Virus record (IMG/VR): IMGVR_UViG_3300049794_000017
Location: 1 to 61,298 of that record
Length of the DNA stretch: 61,298 bases
Reading direction: 5' to 3' (one strand)
DNA from: a virus
Taxonomy: Duplodnaviria; Caudoviricetes
How positions within the stretch are numbered: position 1 is the first letter of the stretch; each line of letters starts with the position of its first letter. The notes beneath the pieces are model-generated. The model worked only from the letters and a program-made list of their open reading frames with translations. It did no database searches and was not told where the DNA came from. A program made the translations under genes and the position numbers. This document shows positions 26,958-36,291 of this stretch, piece after piece.

Positions 26958-27293
26958 TCAGGCCTTGGCCTTGGCGTCGGCCGGGGTCTGTCGGGCGGTC
27001 GGGGCCGCGCTGCGGTCCTGTGCGGCCGCCGCGCGGGCGTGCGCCGCGTCGGCCTTCGCGGCCTTGTCCGCCGCGTCCTTGCGGTCGTTGCGGGTTTCCG
27101 CGTACATGTCGAGGGCCGCCTCCACGACGTCCTCGCCGTTGGTTTCGGCCCACGCGTCCAGGTGCTTGGCCATCAGAACCACCCTCTGATCCGGCTGCGG
27201 CTCTTCGTCGACGACGTCGGGCGGGGTGCCCTTCGCGTCGACGTCGGTGATGGGCCTGGTGTCCGTGGCTGTCTTGCTGTCTGCAGGTGCCAT
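26958..27293 (-). CDS. Hypothetical head-module protein
   Basis: RBS; RSAAPTAR tail typical of the post-capsid gene. Confidence 0.7.
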   Translation of the reverse strand: MAPADSKTATDTRPITDVDAKGTPPDVVDEEPQPDQRVVLMAKHLDAWAETNGEDVVEAALDMYAETRNDRKDAADKAAKADAAHARAAAAQDRSAAPTARQTPADAKAKA

Positions 27294-27451
27294 CCCGTGC
27301 TCCCTAGGGGGATTGGAGTCAGTCCGCGAGCGCGCGGACGGCGATGTGATAGGGCTCGGTGGTGCCGCCCGTGGCCGTCACCCGGAAGTACCGCGCCGTC
27401 AGCGCCGTGCCATGGATCGTCTCCTCCGGGGTTGGGGGATGTGCGCGACGT

Positions 27452-27479
27452 AGCCGGGCGGCCCGCAGACCGCCCGGCT
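27452..27479 (-). terminator. Hairpin after the capsid gene
   Basis: AGCCGGGCGG / CCGCCCGGCT stem. Confidence 0.65.
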
Positions 27480-27486
27480 CTCGAAC

Positions 27487-29058
27487 TCAGGTGCCGTCGT
27501 AGACCGGCGGGGCCAGGGCCGTGCCGTTGATGTTGATCGTGGCGTTGGTGAACCGGCGGAAGGAGTACGCGAAGTAGCCGTACAACACGAGCAGGACTCC
27601 GAGGTTCGCTGCGGCCGGCTGCTCCGCCCGGATGAACACCGGCGCCGCCGGGTCCTCCCACAAGTGGCATTCCTGCGAGGGCACCACGTAGATCTGATCC
27701 TGGTTGCCGGTGGTCTGCAGGGTGCCGAGGCAGACCGTGGAGATGTTGTTGTCCACGCACACCCGCAGGCCGTTGGCCAGGGTGCCGCGGATGCCCTTCG
27801 CGTAGCCCAGGCCGGCGTTGACGCCCAGCGCCTGCACCGGGTCGGGCGGGTTCTGGGAGTACATCATCGGCCAGGCGGCGGAGATCGCCGACAGCAGCTT
27901 GTACCAGCGCCGCGAGTGCATGACGACCGTGTCGGGCTGCGCCCAACCCAGCAGCACCGACTCCACCGACGCGGCACCGGCGACCAGTGCGCCGTACGTC
28001 TGCGCCGCCGTGGGCGAAGCGGTGGTGAATGACTGCGACGCGGACACCGCGGCCAGACCGGTGGTGGCCTGGGCGATGAGGGTCGCGTCCAGGGTGGTGG
28101 CGTAGCGACGGAACAGATCATCCATCGTGATCTCTTCCACACCGGTGCCACGGTCGATGGCCTGCCGCGACAGCGTCTGCTGCCCGGCCGCCGTCTGCAC
28201 GTTCTCCGTGAGCAGCGTGTCGTCGATCGACCCGTCGGCCACCGCATTGTTCTCCGCTGCCTGCAGGGCCACCGCGGTCTGGCCGCCACCGGCGGCCGGC
28301 CCGATCCTGCTGATGTTGACGGTCATGCCGTTCGGCGGCAGGTCGTGGTGGTTGCACACGTCCGCGAACGGGCGCAGGTTCGCCACGGCCGGGGCGTACA
28401 TGTCGGTCAGGTACTGCGGCACCGTCAGGCCGGCGAAGTTGCCGGTCGCCGATGCGGTGCGCTGCAGGTACTGGCCGCGTTCGACGCGCTCCTCCTGCAT
28501 GTGGCGGACCAGCCGCTGCTCCGCATCCATGTCCCGGTACAGGAACTGCTTGACGACGTCCCGGACGAACCCGCCACCCTTGCGGTCCATGCCCACGTGG
28601 TAGGTGCGTTCCTCCGAACCGACCCGAGCCACCCGGTCGTACGCAGGCTTACGGGCATCGGCGGTGACCGGATCGGCGCTGCGCTCGCGCAGCAGCAGCT
28701 CGACGTTGTCTTCGCTGTCCTTGATCGCCTTCGCCCGGGCCTGCTTGTGCCGGATGCTCTCGATGTTGACCTTGGCCTGTGCGCGGGTCCGCATCGCGGC
28801 CTCGATGTCGGCGTCCTCGTCCTGTGTCAGGTTCGGGCGGCCGTCGTTCTTCGCCTTCGCGAGGATCATCTTCGCCTCGGCGCTGGCCCGCTCGTACCGC
28901 TTCTGCTCCTGCTCCAACTCGACGTCGATCGACATGACCAGGTCTTCGATGGTCGGCGCGCCACCCGCGACCTCGCGGATCGGGCAGCCGTTCTTTCGGT
29001 AGCCGATGATCCTCGGCTGGTAGCCGCGCACGGCGAACCGCGGCGTGGTGGCAGGCAT
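27487..29058 (-). CDS. Major capsid protein, HK97 fold with N-terminal coiled-coil delta domain
   Basis: GLTVPQYLTD, AGQQTLSRQAIDR, VVMHSRRW, YGYFA; follows the protease. Confidence 0.9.
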   Translation of the reverse strand: MPATTPRFAVRGYQPRIIGYRKNGCPIREVAGGAPTIEDLVMSIDVELEQEQKRYERASAEAKMILAKAKNDGRPNLTQDEDADIEAAMRTRAQAKVNIESIRHKQARAKAIKDSEDNVELLLRERSADPVTADARKPAYDRVARVGSEERTYHVGMDRKGGGFVRDVVKQFLYRDMDAEQRLVRHMQEERVERGQYLQRTASATGNFAGLTVPQYLTDMYAPAVANLRPFADVCNHHDLPPNGMTVNISRIGPAAGGGQTAVALQAAENNAVADGSIDDTLLTENVQTAAGQQTLSRQAIDRGTGVEEITMDDLFRRYATTLDATLIAQATTGLAAVSASQSFTTASPTAAQTYGALVAGAASVESVLLGWAQPDTVVMHSRRWYKLLSAISAAWPMMYSQNPPDPVQALGVNAGLGYAKGIRGTLANGLRVCVDNNISTVCLGTLQTTGNQDQIYVVPSQECHLWEDPAAPVFIRAEQPAAANLGVLLVLYGYFAYSFRRFTNATININGTALAPPVYDGT

Positions 29059-29115
29059 GGTGATTCCTCACGTAGCAGGTATGGATTCCTGCTTCGCGTT
29101 GCTTCACTGCGCTAC

Positions 29116-29250
29116 CCGGTCTGACTGCCGGCGTGCGTCGCTCAGCCGCCGCCGATCTGACCGTCGGGGCGTCCGCGTAAGCCCACCGGGGCGTCCTGCA
29201 CGCCGCGCCGGGTCTGACTGCCCGGACACAGAGCGGTCTGACTGCCGCTC
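29116..29250 (-). ncRNA. Four stem-loops with a conserved C(A/G)GUCAGA loop in the capsid leader
   Basis: Loop TCTGAC(T/C)G on + at 29120, 29156, 29213 and 29237, each closed by a different perfect 4-6 bp stem. Confidence 0.65.
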
Positions 29251-31183
29251 AGTCGTCGCCCAACAAGGCCTCGATTTGCGTGATCCTACGCCCCGCCGGC
29301 GCCGCTGCCGCCACGCTGACCGGCTCGCGCACCTCGCGCCGCCCGCCGGCCGCGTCCTGCGGCGCCTCGTCGTCGTCAGCCAGGCTGACCCCGCAGTGGC
29401 TGCAGAACTGCGCCCCGCCCGCGTTGCGGGCCTCACACGCCGGGCAGATCAGGGTCTCGTCCAGGGCGGACTCGTCACCGAGGTAGGCCGTGTCGTCGTC
29501 GTGCTGCTCGGACATGGCGGCCTTCGCCCCCCGCCGGGCAGCGCCTGGCACCGCGGTCCGCAGGCTCGCCACGTCGGTGCGCCGGGCCAGCCGCTCGAAC
29601 GCCGCCCGGGCGAACCCGGCCGGCAACGCGTCGATATCCGCCATGAACTGCTGGCCCCGGGCGGAGATCGACGTGTACGGGTTCGCACCGTAGTTGACCG
29701 CCGACACGTCGCCCCGGTCGATGTCGTACTCCAGGATCCGGAACGTCATGAAGTCGTCCGACCAGCCACCCTCAACGATCATGAACGCGAACGACTGCTC
29801 ATCAATGAGCTCGTCGTCGACGGCGGAGAGCAGGATATGCACGTCGCCGCGCTCCGCGTTGACGAACGCGTCGTCGGACATGCCGTGGTCGTCGGCACCC
29901 AACTCCAGGGTGCCGTTCGTGGTGCGGGCCATCGTCACACCCAGGTGGTTGACGAGGAACGCCACGTCCGGGCTGGACGCCAGGGTGGTGTCGGCGGCGC
30001 CGACCTCTACGTACTCGTCGTAGGGGCCGAAGTAGTCCCACATCTCGTACTTGTGCTTCTCGCCGAACACGGTGGCGTAGCCGGCGAGGTGGACCAGCTC
30101 CCGGCCGTTGCGTTTGACCGTGGCCACCCGCTGCAGCTTCGACGGGAACGACTTGAGCCGGGCCGCCCCGACGTCGCGGGGCATCGACGCGCGGACCACC
30201 CGCAGCTGCGTCTGGTAGCGGGCCGACGTGTCCAGCACCGGCACCGACCGGCCCTCCTGCGCCAGGGAGTGCGCCTGGCGGGCGGCCGCCTCGGCCCGGG
30301 CGGTCGCGGCTTCGGTGCGGGTCGTCGGCCCGGCCGCGGTGGCCCTGGTGTGGATGTCCATCGCGATCTCCTCACGTGCTGACGTGCTCGTGCTGCTGCG
30401 GCGCACCGCGGCGGATGCTGCGGCGTCGCGCCGCGCCGGTGCAGGCGCCGCCTCGCGGCCGGCGTATCGGAACCCCGACAGGTCGAAGCTGCGAGTCATC
30501 ACGTCGGGCCGCTCCACGTCGGGCGCCTTCGGCGGCGCCTCCACCCGGTCCGCCAAACCCAACGCCACAGCCTCCCGGGCGAACATCCACGTCTCGGCCC
30601 GCATCAGCGCCCGCCACTCCGCCTCTTCCCCACCGGCCCGCAGCCGGTACAGGTCGGCGACGTTGGCTGACTGCCGGTCCAGGAACGTCGACATCTTCGC
30701 CATGTCCTCGGCGTTGCCGTCCTGCACCGCCGACGCGTCGTGGATCATCATCTGCGACCCGGGCATCATGACGATCTCGTCGCCGCCCATCGCCACGATC
30801 GACGCCGCCGACGCCGCCAACGCATCCACGAACACCTGGATCCGGGCCGGGTGGTGGTTCAGCGCGTTGTAGATCGCCAACGCGTCGAACACCGACCCGC
30901 CCGGCGAGTTGATCCGCACCCGGATCAGCGGCGCGTCGATCTGCTCCAGGTCCCGGGCGAAGTCCTCCGCGTTGACCCCGAACGACCCGCCGATCTCGTC
31001 GAAGATCAGCACCGTGGCCGGCTCGGCGGACCCGTCGGACTGGTTGCGTACCGCATACCACGGCAGTTTCAGGCGCGGCATGTCGGCCGCCGCCGTCCCG
31101 GTCTGCTCCGCCCGCTGCACGAACCGGGCCGTGGTGCGGGCCACCCGGCTCTGTAGCCGGCGCAGGTGAACGCTCTCGGTCAT
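29249..31183 (-). CDS. Prohead protease: ClpP-like + HK97 U35/S78 protease + Zn ribbon
   Basis: INSPGG, ALAASAAS, MMIHD, ETW; FLVNH, SFAF, DVSAVNYGANP; CPAC...FCSHCG. Confidence 0.88.
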   Translation of the reverse strand: MTESVHLRRLQSRVARTTARFVQRAEQTGTAAADMPRLKLPWYAVRNQSDGSAEPATVLIFDEIGGSFGVNAEDFARDLEQIDAPLIRVRINSPGGSVFDALAIYNALNHHPARIQVFVDALAASAASIVAMGGDEIVMMPGSQMMIHDASAVQDGNAEDMAKMSTFLDRQSANVADLYRLRAGGEEAEWRALMRAETWMFAREAVALGLADRVEAPPKAPDVERPDVMTRSFDLSGFRYAGREAAPAPARRDAAASAAVRRSSTSTSAREEIAMDIHTRATAAGPTTRTEAATARAEAAARQAHSLAQEGRSVPVLDTSARYQTQLRVVRASMPRDVGAARLKSFPSKLQRVATVKRNGRELVHLAGYATVFGEKHKYEMWDYFGPYDEYVEVGAADTTLASSPDVAFLVNHLGVTMARTTNGTLELGADDHGMSDDAFVNAERGDVHILLSAVDDELIDEQSFAFMIVEGGWSDDFMTFRILEYDIDRGDVSAVNYGANPYTSISARGQQFMADIDALPAGFARAAFERLARRTDVASLRTAVPGAARRGAKAAMSEQHDDDTAYLGDESALDETLICPACEARNAGGAQFCSHCGVSLADDDEAPQDAAGGRREVREPVSVAAAAPAGRRITQIEALLGDD

Positions 31184-31582
31184 CAATGATCCTCTCCGGC
31201 CAATGGGCACTTGTCTCGATCGGCCGGGACAATTGCAGCGCCCGCCGTAAGCCTCGATTACTTGAGTCCGCTGCTGCTGCTCGCGTTTGGCGTTCGCCTT
31301 GTCGCGGAGGATCGATCCATTAAGGGCCTGGTAACGGGCAGCGGTGAGTTTCTTCTGCGCCCGAACAAGCTCCGGATTCGCGGCCTTGTAGGCAGCCTTC
31401 GTGGCGGCCTCCCGCTCCGGGAATGCCCGTCGCCAGGCAGCAGCCCTCTGCCGGTTCGCGGGAGCACACTTCCATCCGCCCCGGCCGCTACTCATCCTGA
31501 TGACATCGACGCGCGTAGCGCAGGCGGCGCAATCAGCCGTACGTGCTTGTGCATCGATGTCACTGAGTCGGTGGGTGGACAC
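31184..31582 (-). pseudogene. Truncated HNH homing-endonuclease remnant in frame with the protease
   Basis: Zn-finger/basic N-terminus then VIEAYGGRCNCPG, ending before any HNH core; lower GC. Confidence 0.55.
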
Positions 31583-31994
31583 GGTTGCCCCGAAAGTCGG
31601 TGTCTGCCTCTTCGGCCGTCCCCAGTTCGAAGATTATGTATGGATCGGCTCCGGGTTGATGATGTGGCGCGTACGGCTTGTCCCCGGCGATGGTGAAGAA
31701 CTCGCACGCCTCGTGCCGCTCCACCAGCAGACACTGGTCGAGCAGCCACCGCCGCCATGACCGCAGGTCGAACGCGGCCGGGGGCACCAGCATGTAGTGG
31801 TTGACGCGGATCGGCTCGTGCGGCGGGTAGCTGTTCGTCGTGGCGACATTGATCACCAACGTCAGGCCTTTGCTGCCCTGACCGCGGTCGAGGTCTGAGA
31901 GCCAGAAACGCCAGCCGGACCGGTATTCCAGGGCGTCGACCAGGTCGGCGAGGATGGTCGGGAATGGCGCCTCCTGGCGCATGACGTCGGCCAT
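31560..31994 (-). CDS. Conserved actinophage hypothetical protein
   Basis: VNHYMLVPPA...WRRWLLDQCLLVERHEACEFF. Confidence 0.75.
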   Translation of the reverse strand: MADVMRQEAPFPTILADLVDALEYRSGWRFWLSDLDRGQGSKGLTLVINVATTNSYPPHEPIRVNHYMLVPPAAFDLRSWRRWLLDQCLLVERHEACEFFTIAGDKPYAPHHQPGADPYIIFELGTAEEADTDFRGNRVHPPTQ

Positions 31995-32010
31995 CACATG
32001 CTCCTCGGGT

Positions 32011-33282
32011 TCATCGCGGCGGCCTTCCGATCGGCACCGGGGAACGCGGCGCGGCGTCGTCGAGCACCCACGCATCCACCCAGTCGCGTAGCTCCGCCGG
32101 CACAGGCCCGGCCAGCTTCTCCGGCGGCGACACCGCCATCTTCGGCGGGAACAGCGTGTTGAACTCCTTGATCTGCTCCGCGGTCAGCGGCGGCCGGTTA
32201 CGCAACGCCCGCGCCTCCGTCACCGTCAACGTCCGCGAGTCGATCTCCAGCTTCATGACCTCTGCCTGCGTCTGCGGATCCATCCGCAGCAACGCGTCAG
32301 TGTTCAGCTTCACGTACCGGGGCCGGGGCAGCATCGCCGAGAGAGTGGACTCCCGCCGGATCACCGCCGGCCCCAAATGCATGATCAGGAACTCAAGGTT
32401 GCGTTGGGAGATATTGGCGTACGTGATCGACTGGCCGCTGATCGCTGCCTCGATCAAGTCCGCCGGGCAGCCGAAGAACCGGCAGATCTCCGACACGCTG
32501 TGCTTACGGCCCTCCAACCACGCAATGCCGGCCTCCGACGCCTGGATGAAGTCGTACTCCCAGTCCGCGCCGTACACCATCAGGTCCCCGTTGCTGATCA
32601 CGTCCCGGTACCACTGCTTCGCGGTCGTGATCTCCTTGTCTTTCAGCACCTTCGCCTTGTTGCGCATCCGGGCCTTCGGGACCGCGCCGCCACCGAACCA
32701 GTCCAGCGCGAACTGCTGCATCGACGAGGACTCCCCGATCGACCATGCCGCGTAGGCGATCGGCGACAGGCCCACCGGCAGCCCGGCGATCGGGAACTGC
32801 CGCTCATGCCACACCTTCGACGCCGGGTACTCCTTGCCGTCGACCTTGTAGATCGGGTCGATCTGGTTACGGCGCTGAATCACCGTGCACACCCGGATCG
32901 GGAACAGGTCGATACGCGCCGGCAACCCTGCCCCATTCGTCTCGGTGATCAGCCCGATGGCGTTGCCGGAGCCGTCCAGGTCGTGCTGGGTGGCCCACAT
33001 CCAGTGGTGGTACGGCCAACGCTTCCCGCCCGAATCCACCAGGATCGGCGGCCTGGGCAGCTCGTAGGCGATGCCGTCGATGTCGCGGAACACATCCACC
33101 GGGAACGTGCTGATCAGGTCGGCGCGTAGCCGCATACACGCCCACACCGCCGAATTACGCAGCGCGGTGTCCTCGTTGACCAGCACCGACCCGGTGCGGG
33201 CGGTGCCACGCGGCGGGATCTGCCCCTCCGGCGTCACACCCTGGAATTCACGCTTCCAGGGTGGCCACCACTTCACTGCCAC
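32011..33282 (-). CDS. Portal protein (HK97 family)
   Basis: ALRNSAVWACMRLRAD, GLSPI, EICRFFGCP, ITYANI, DALLRMD. Confidence 0.93.
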   Translation of the reverse strand: MAVKWWPPWKREFQGVTPEGQIPPRGTARTGSVLVNEDTALRNSAVWACMRLRADLISTFPVDVFRDIDGIAYELPRPPILVDSGGKRWPYHHWMWATQHDLDGSGNAIGLITETNGAGLPARIDLFPIRVCTVIQRRNQIDPIYKVDGKEYPASKVWHERQFPIAGLPVGLSPIAYAAWSIGESSSMQQFALDWFGGGAVPKARMRNKAKVLKDKEITTAKQWYRDVISNGDLMVYGADWEYDFIQASEAGIAWLEGRKHSVSEICRFFGCPADLIEAAISGQSITYANISQRNLEFLIMHLGPAVIRRESTLSAMLPRPRYVKLNTDALLRMDPQTQAEVMKLEIDSRTLTVTEARALRNRPPLTAEQIKEFNTLFPPKMAVSPPEKLAGPVPAELRDWVDAWVLDDAAPRSPVPIGRPPR

Positions 33283-33292
33283 GGTCGCCTCC

Positions 33293-34897
33293 CTAGCCGA
33301 GTGACCTGCCGATATCGTACGAGCCCCCCGCCCAATCGACGTCCTGCCCGGCCGCCAACGCGCAGGTAACCGCCTCCAACGGCGACCCGTCGATCGCCCC
33401 CGCCGCCGGCTGCCAACACCACTGGGCACCCGTGAACTTCTGCGTCGTGCCGGCCACCGCCGTCGTCAACTCCGTCTGCCCCAGATGATGCACCCGGGCC
33501 GGATCCGGCAACTGTGGCCCGAACTCCCGCTCCGACACGTCCGCCATACCGGTCGCGTCGTACAGCCGCCCACACGCCGCCGCGTACTGAGGCATGTTCA
33601 ACGGCACCAACTTCACGTCATGCCCCGCCATCGTCAGGGCGTTACGCAGCGGCACGATCAGCGACGACGCCTCACCGTTGGCCCGGATCCCGATCGCACA
33701 CGCCCCCCACGACTCGACCAGCGCCACCACCCGGGCCACCGCCCAGTCCACCCCGGCACGCCGGTCGATCAGCTCCAGGTGGTAATCGTCATCGACCCGC
33801 TTGGAGGTCATCGCGATGGAGCACACCTCCCGGGACTGGTTGCACGCAACCCCGAGCGCGACCGGATCCAGCGGCTCCGAATGCGGGTCGTAACGCTCCG
33901 ACCACACCGCCTCGGTCACCACCTGCCACCGCGGCGTCGACTCCCGAGGTATCCAACCCAGGATCTCCGCCTCAAAGTCAGCCAACCCGCCCCGAGCCAC
34001 CGCCGCGTTGTAGTCCGCCCGCACCTTGCGCTCGGACACCGTCTGATTCAAACCCGGCATCGCCAGGCGCCACGTGGCCGGATCCCCCGGATCCATCCCC
34101 GGCGGCGCCGCGAACTCGCAGTAGAACACGTCGGAGGTCAGCCCGGCCTCTACCCGGGCCCGACCATCCATCATCTTCGAATGCAGATACGGCCACTCGT
34201 GCGGCAACACCCGCGACGGGCCCGGCACCATCGACGTCAGCAGCAGCTGCGCCCAATCCCGCGTCATCATCGTGGGACGCATCGCCGTCTCGATCCGGTT
34301 GTCCCGGTGCGCCCACGCCTCGTCGATCACACCCAGATCGAGGCTGTCACCGGTTCCCCCGGTCCGTCCTGTGGTCGAGCCGGGATACCACTCCGCCCCG
34401 TTGTTCCACAGCAGCGCCTCCTTGTTCTGCGTCAGCACCGCGTTGAACAACCCGGCGAACCCGGCTGCCTTCAGTCGCGCCAGATGCACCCGGCGCCACT
34501 TCTTGCGGGCCTCATCCGCGGTCTGTGCCGTGTACAGCACCCGCTGCGGATCCGGCCGGCGCAGCCTGATCCCATACTCGGCGAGCACCCAATCCACCAA
34601 CGCCTGGCCGAACCCCAGACACCGATGCGTCATCACCGGCAGCAGCCATTCCGTCTTCCCGGTCACCTGCCGGGGCCCGATGATCCGCACCTCCCCATAG
34701 GCCAGCAGCCCCGTCTCCGGATCAATCTCCAGGGCGCCGTCGGCCATGTACTGCTGATGCGGCATCAGGGGCTTGCCCATCGCCCGCGCTATCTCCGCCA
34801 CCTTCGGGCCCAGCGTTGGGCGCCCCGGGGTCCGCGGCGTCCCGTACAGGGGTCGACACCATGTCGAGGAACCGCTGGACAGCGTTGACGTCATCAC
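33293..34897 (-). CDS. terL: Terminase large subunit
   Basis: LMPHQ, GPRQVTGKT (Walker A), LGVIDEAW (Walker B), DGSPLEA. Confidence 0.9.
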   Translation of the reverse strand: MMTSTLSSGSSTWCRPLYGTPRTPGRPTLGPKVAEIARAMGKPLMPHQQYMADGALEIDPETGLLAYGEVRIIGPRQVTGKTEWLLPVMTHRCLGFGQALVDWVLAEYGIRLRRPDPQRVLYTAQTADEARKKWRRVHLARLKAAGFAGLFNAVLTQNKEALLWNNGAEWYPGSTTGRTGGTGDSLDLGVIDEAWAHRDNRIETAMRPTMMTRDWAQLLLTSMVPGPSRVLPHEWPYLHSKMMDGRARVEAGLTSDVFYCEFAAPPGMDPGDPATWRLAMPGLNQTVSERKVRADYNAAVARGGLADFEAEILGWIPRESTPRWQVVTEAVWSERYDPHSEPLDPVALGVACNQSREVCSIAMTSKRVDDDYHLELIDRRAGVDWAVARVVALVESWGACAIGIRANGEASSLIVPLRNALTMAGHDVKLVPLNMPQYAAACGRLYDATGMADVSEREFGPQLPDPARVHHLGQTELTTAVAGTTQKFTGAQWCWQPAAGAIDGSPLEAVTCALAAGQDVDWAGGSYDIGRSLG

Positions 34898-35708
34898 TCT
34901 TCTCCGTGGTCAGTGCGACGAGGGTAGCCCGCAGCTCCTGCGCAAGACGCGCACTCGTCGTCGGCCCCGCCTCACCACCCCGCTTATCGATGACCTCCGC
35001 CAACCACAACGCCATCGCCGCCAACGACGCCCGGGCGCCACCCTTCAACGTGTCCGCCAACCCCGCCAGATCCCCACTGACCGCCGCCAACATCGACGTC
35101 TCAATCCGGGCCGGCTTCGCCGCCGCCTCCCGCAGCAAACGCAGCGCGATATCCACCGACCCGCGCTGTTCGCTGATCTCACCCAGCTCGTCGAGCAGGT
35201 ACATGCCCAGCCGGTCGATATCGGCCAGTGCCTGCGTCAACACGTCGGTGTGCCACTGCGCGCCGTCGAGCAGGCTCAGCATGGCCCGGCACTGGTCAAT
35301 GTCGGTGTTGCCCTCACAGTAGGCGCGCACACCGATCACAGCACCATCCCGCTGCGCCACCTCCCACGCCCGGCGGAACGTCTCCGACCCCGCCCATTCC
35401 CGATCCTCCGAGGCTCGAACTTCAGACCCCCCCGGGGGGGTATCCACAAAACCACCCGTGGGGGGTGGTGGCGTTTGTTCAACCACCACCCCTGCCGTCA
35501 AATCCACCCCTGCCATATCCGGCCCCATGTCCGGCAGCGGCACCCGGCCGGCATTATTCAGCTGTGCATTCGCCCACGCCAAATACGCCCCCCACATGCC
35601 ACCCACCGGCGGACGCTCCACACCATCATCACCCAAACCCTGACCATCACTCACAGTCACGGCAACCCCCTCACACGCAGTGAAACCTATGCACCCACAC
35701 CACACCAC
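34722..35708 (-). CDS. terS: Terminase small subunit (true start uncertain, probably internal)
   Basis: C-terminal half LAAMALWLAEVID...ARLAQELRATLVAL is typical of actinophage TerS; overlaps terL. Confidence 0.65.
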   Translation of the reverse strand: MVWCGCIGFTACEGVAVTVSDGQGLGDDGVERPPVGGMWGAYLAWANAQLNNAGRVPLPDMGPDMAGVDLTAGVVVEQTPPPPTGGFVDTPPGGSEVRASEDREWAGSETFRRAWEVAQRDGAVIGVRAYCEGNTDIDQCRAMLSLLDGAQWHTDVLTQALADIDRLGMYLLDELGEISEQRGSVDIALRLLREAAAKPARIETSMLAAVSGDLAGLADTLKGGARASLAAMALWLAEVIDKRGGEAGPTTSARLAQELRATLVALTTEKSDDVNAVQRFLDMVSTPVRDAADPGAPNAGPEGGGDSAGDGQAPDAASAVHGRRRPGD

Positions 35709-35976
35709 TGCATACCCATACAGGGGGCAGAGGCAGGGGCTACGTCACGCATAAGACAACGAACACACAACACATGGACTTAGCTTGATGTCATACCAAA
35801 AAATCATGGCTTGACCAGCACAAACGTCAGATATTCGGTCGAATTTTAGGAAAATCTTGAACGATGCGCTTCGCGCTTGGCCGAATTATATCTCTCCCCG
35901 TCTATATGTTGTGGATCTATGCGGCACGGCCCCATGCATATATGCATGGCCTCGGACCTGCGGTTATCACGGTGGG

Positions 35977-36291
35977 TTAACCGGCCTCTGACCTGGGCAA
36001 ATGGAGATCAATACGGGATCCTCGTAGGTCGTCGGGGAGCAGGATCTCGCCGGTGTAGTTGACCAGCGCCCAGCGCGTCCCGTCGGGCAGATGGTCGTCG
36101 TCGACGATGACCGGGATCGCCAGCAGGCCGCCGAGTTGGGCGGGCCACCATGCCGGACGTGGCGTGGCGGACGGGACCTGCTCGCGCATCTCGGCGGCCA
36201 GGGTGCTGGTGACCCGCAGGTGCGCGCTGCCGTAGTCGCCGGTCTCGTGCCTCCGCCGGACGATCGCGGTGATCTCGGCGAGGTCATCCAT
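35977..36291 (-). CDS. Hypothetical protein
   Basis: Coupled ORF; LLAIPVIVDDDHLPDG. Confidence 0.65.
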   Translation of the reverse strand: MDDLAEITAIVRRRHETGDYGSAHLRVTSTLAAEMREQVPSATPRPAWWPAQLGGLLAIPVIVDDDHLPDGTRWALVNYTGEILLPDDLRGSRIDLHLPRSEAG

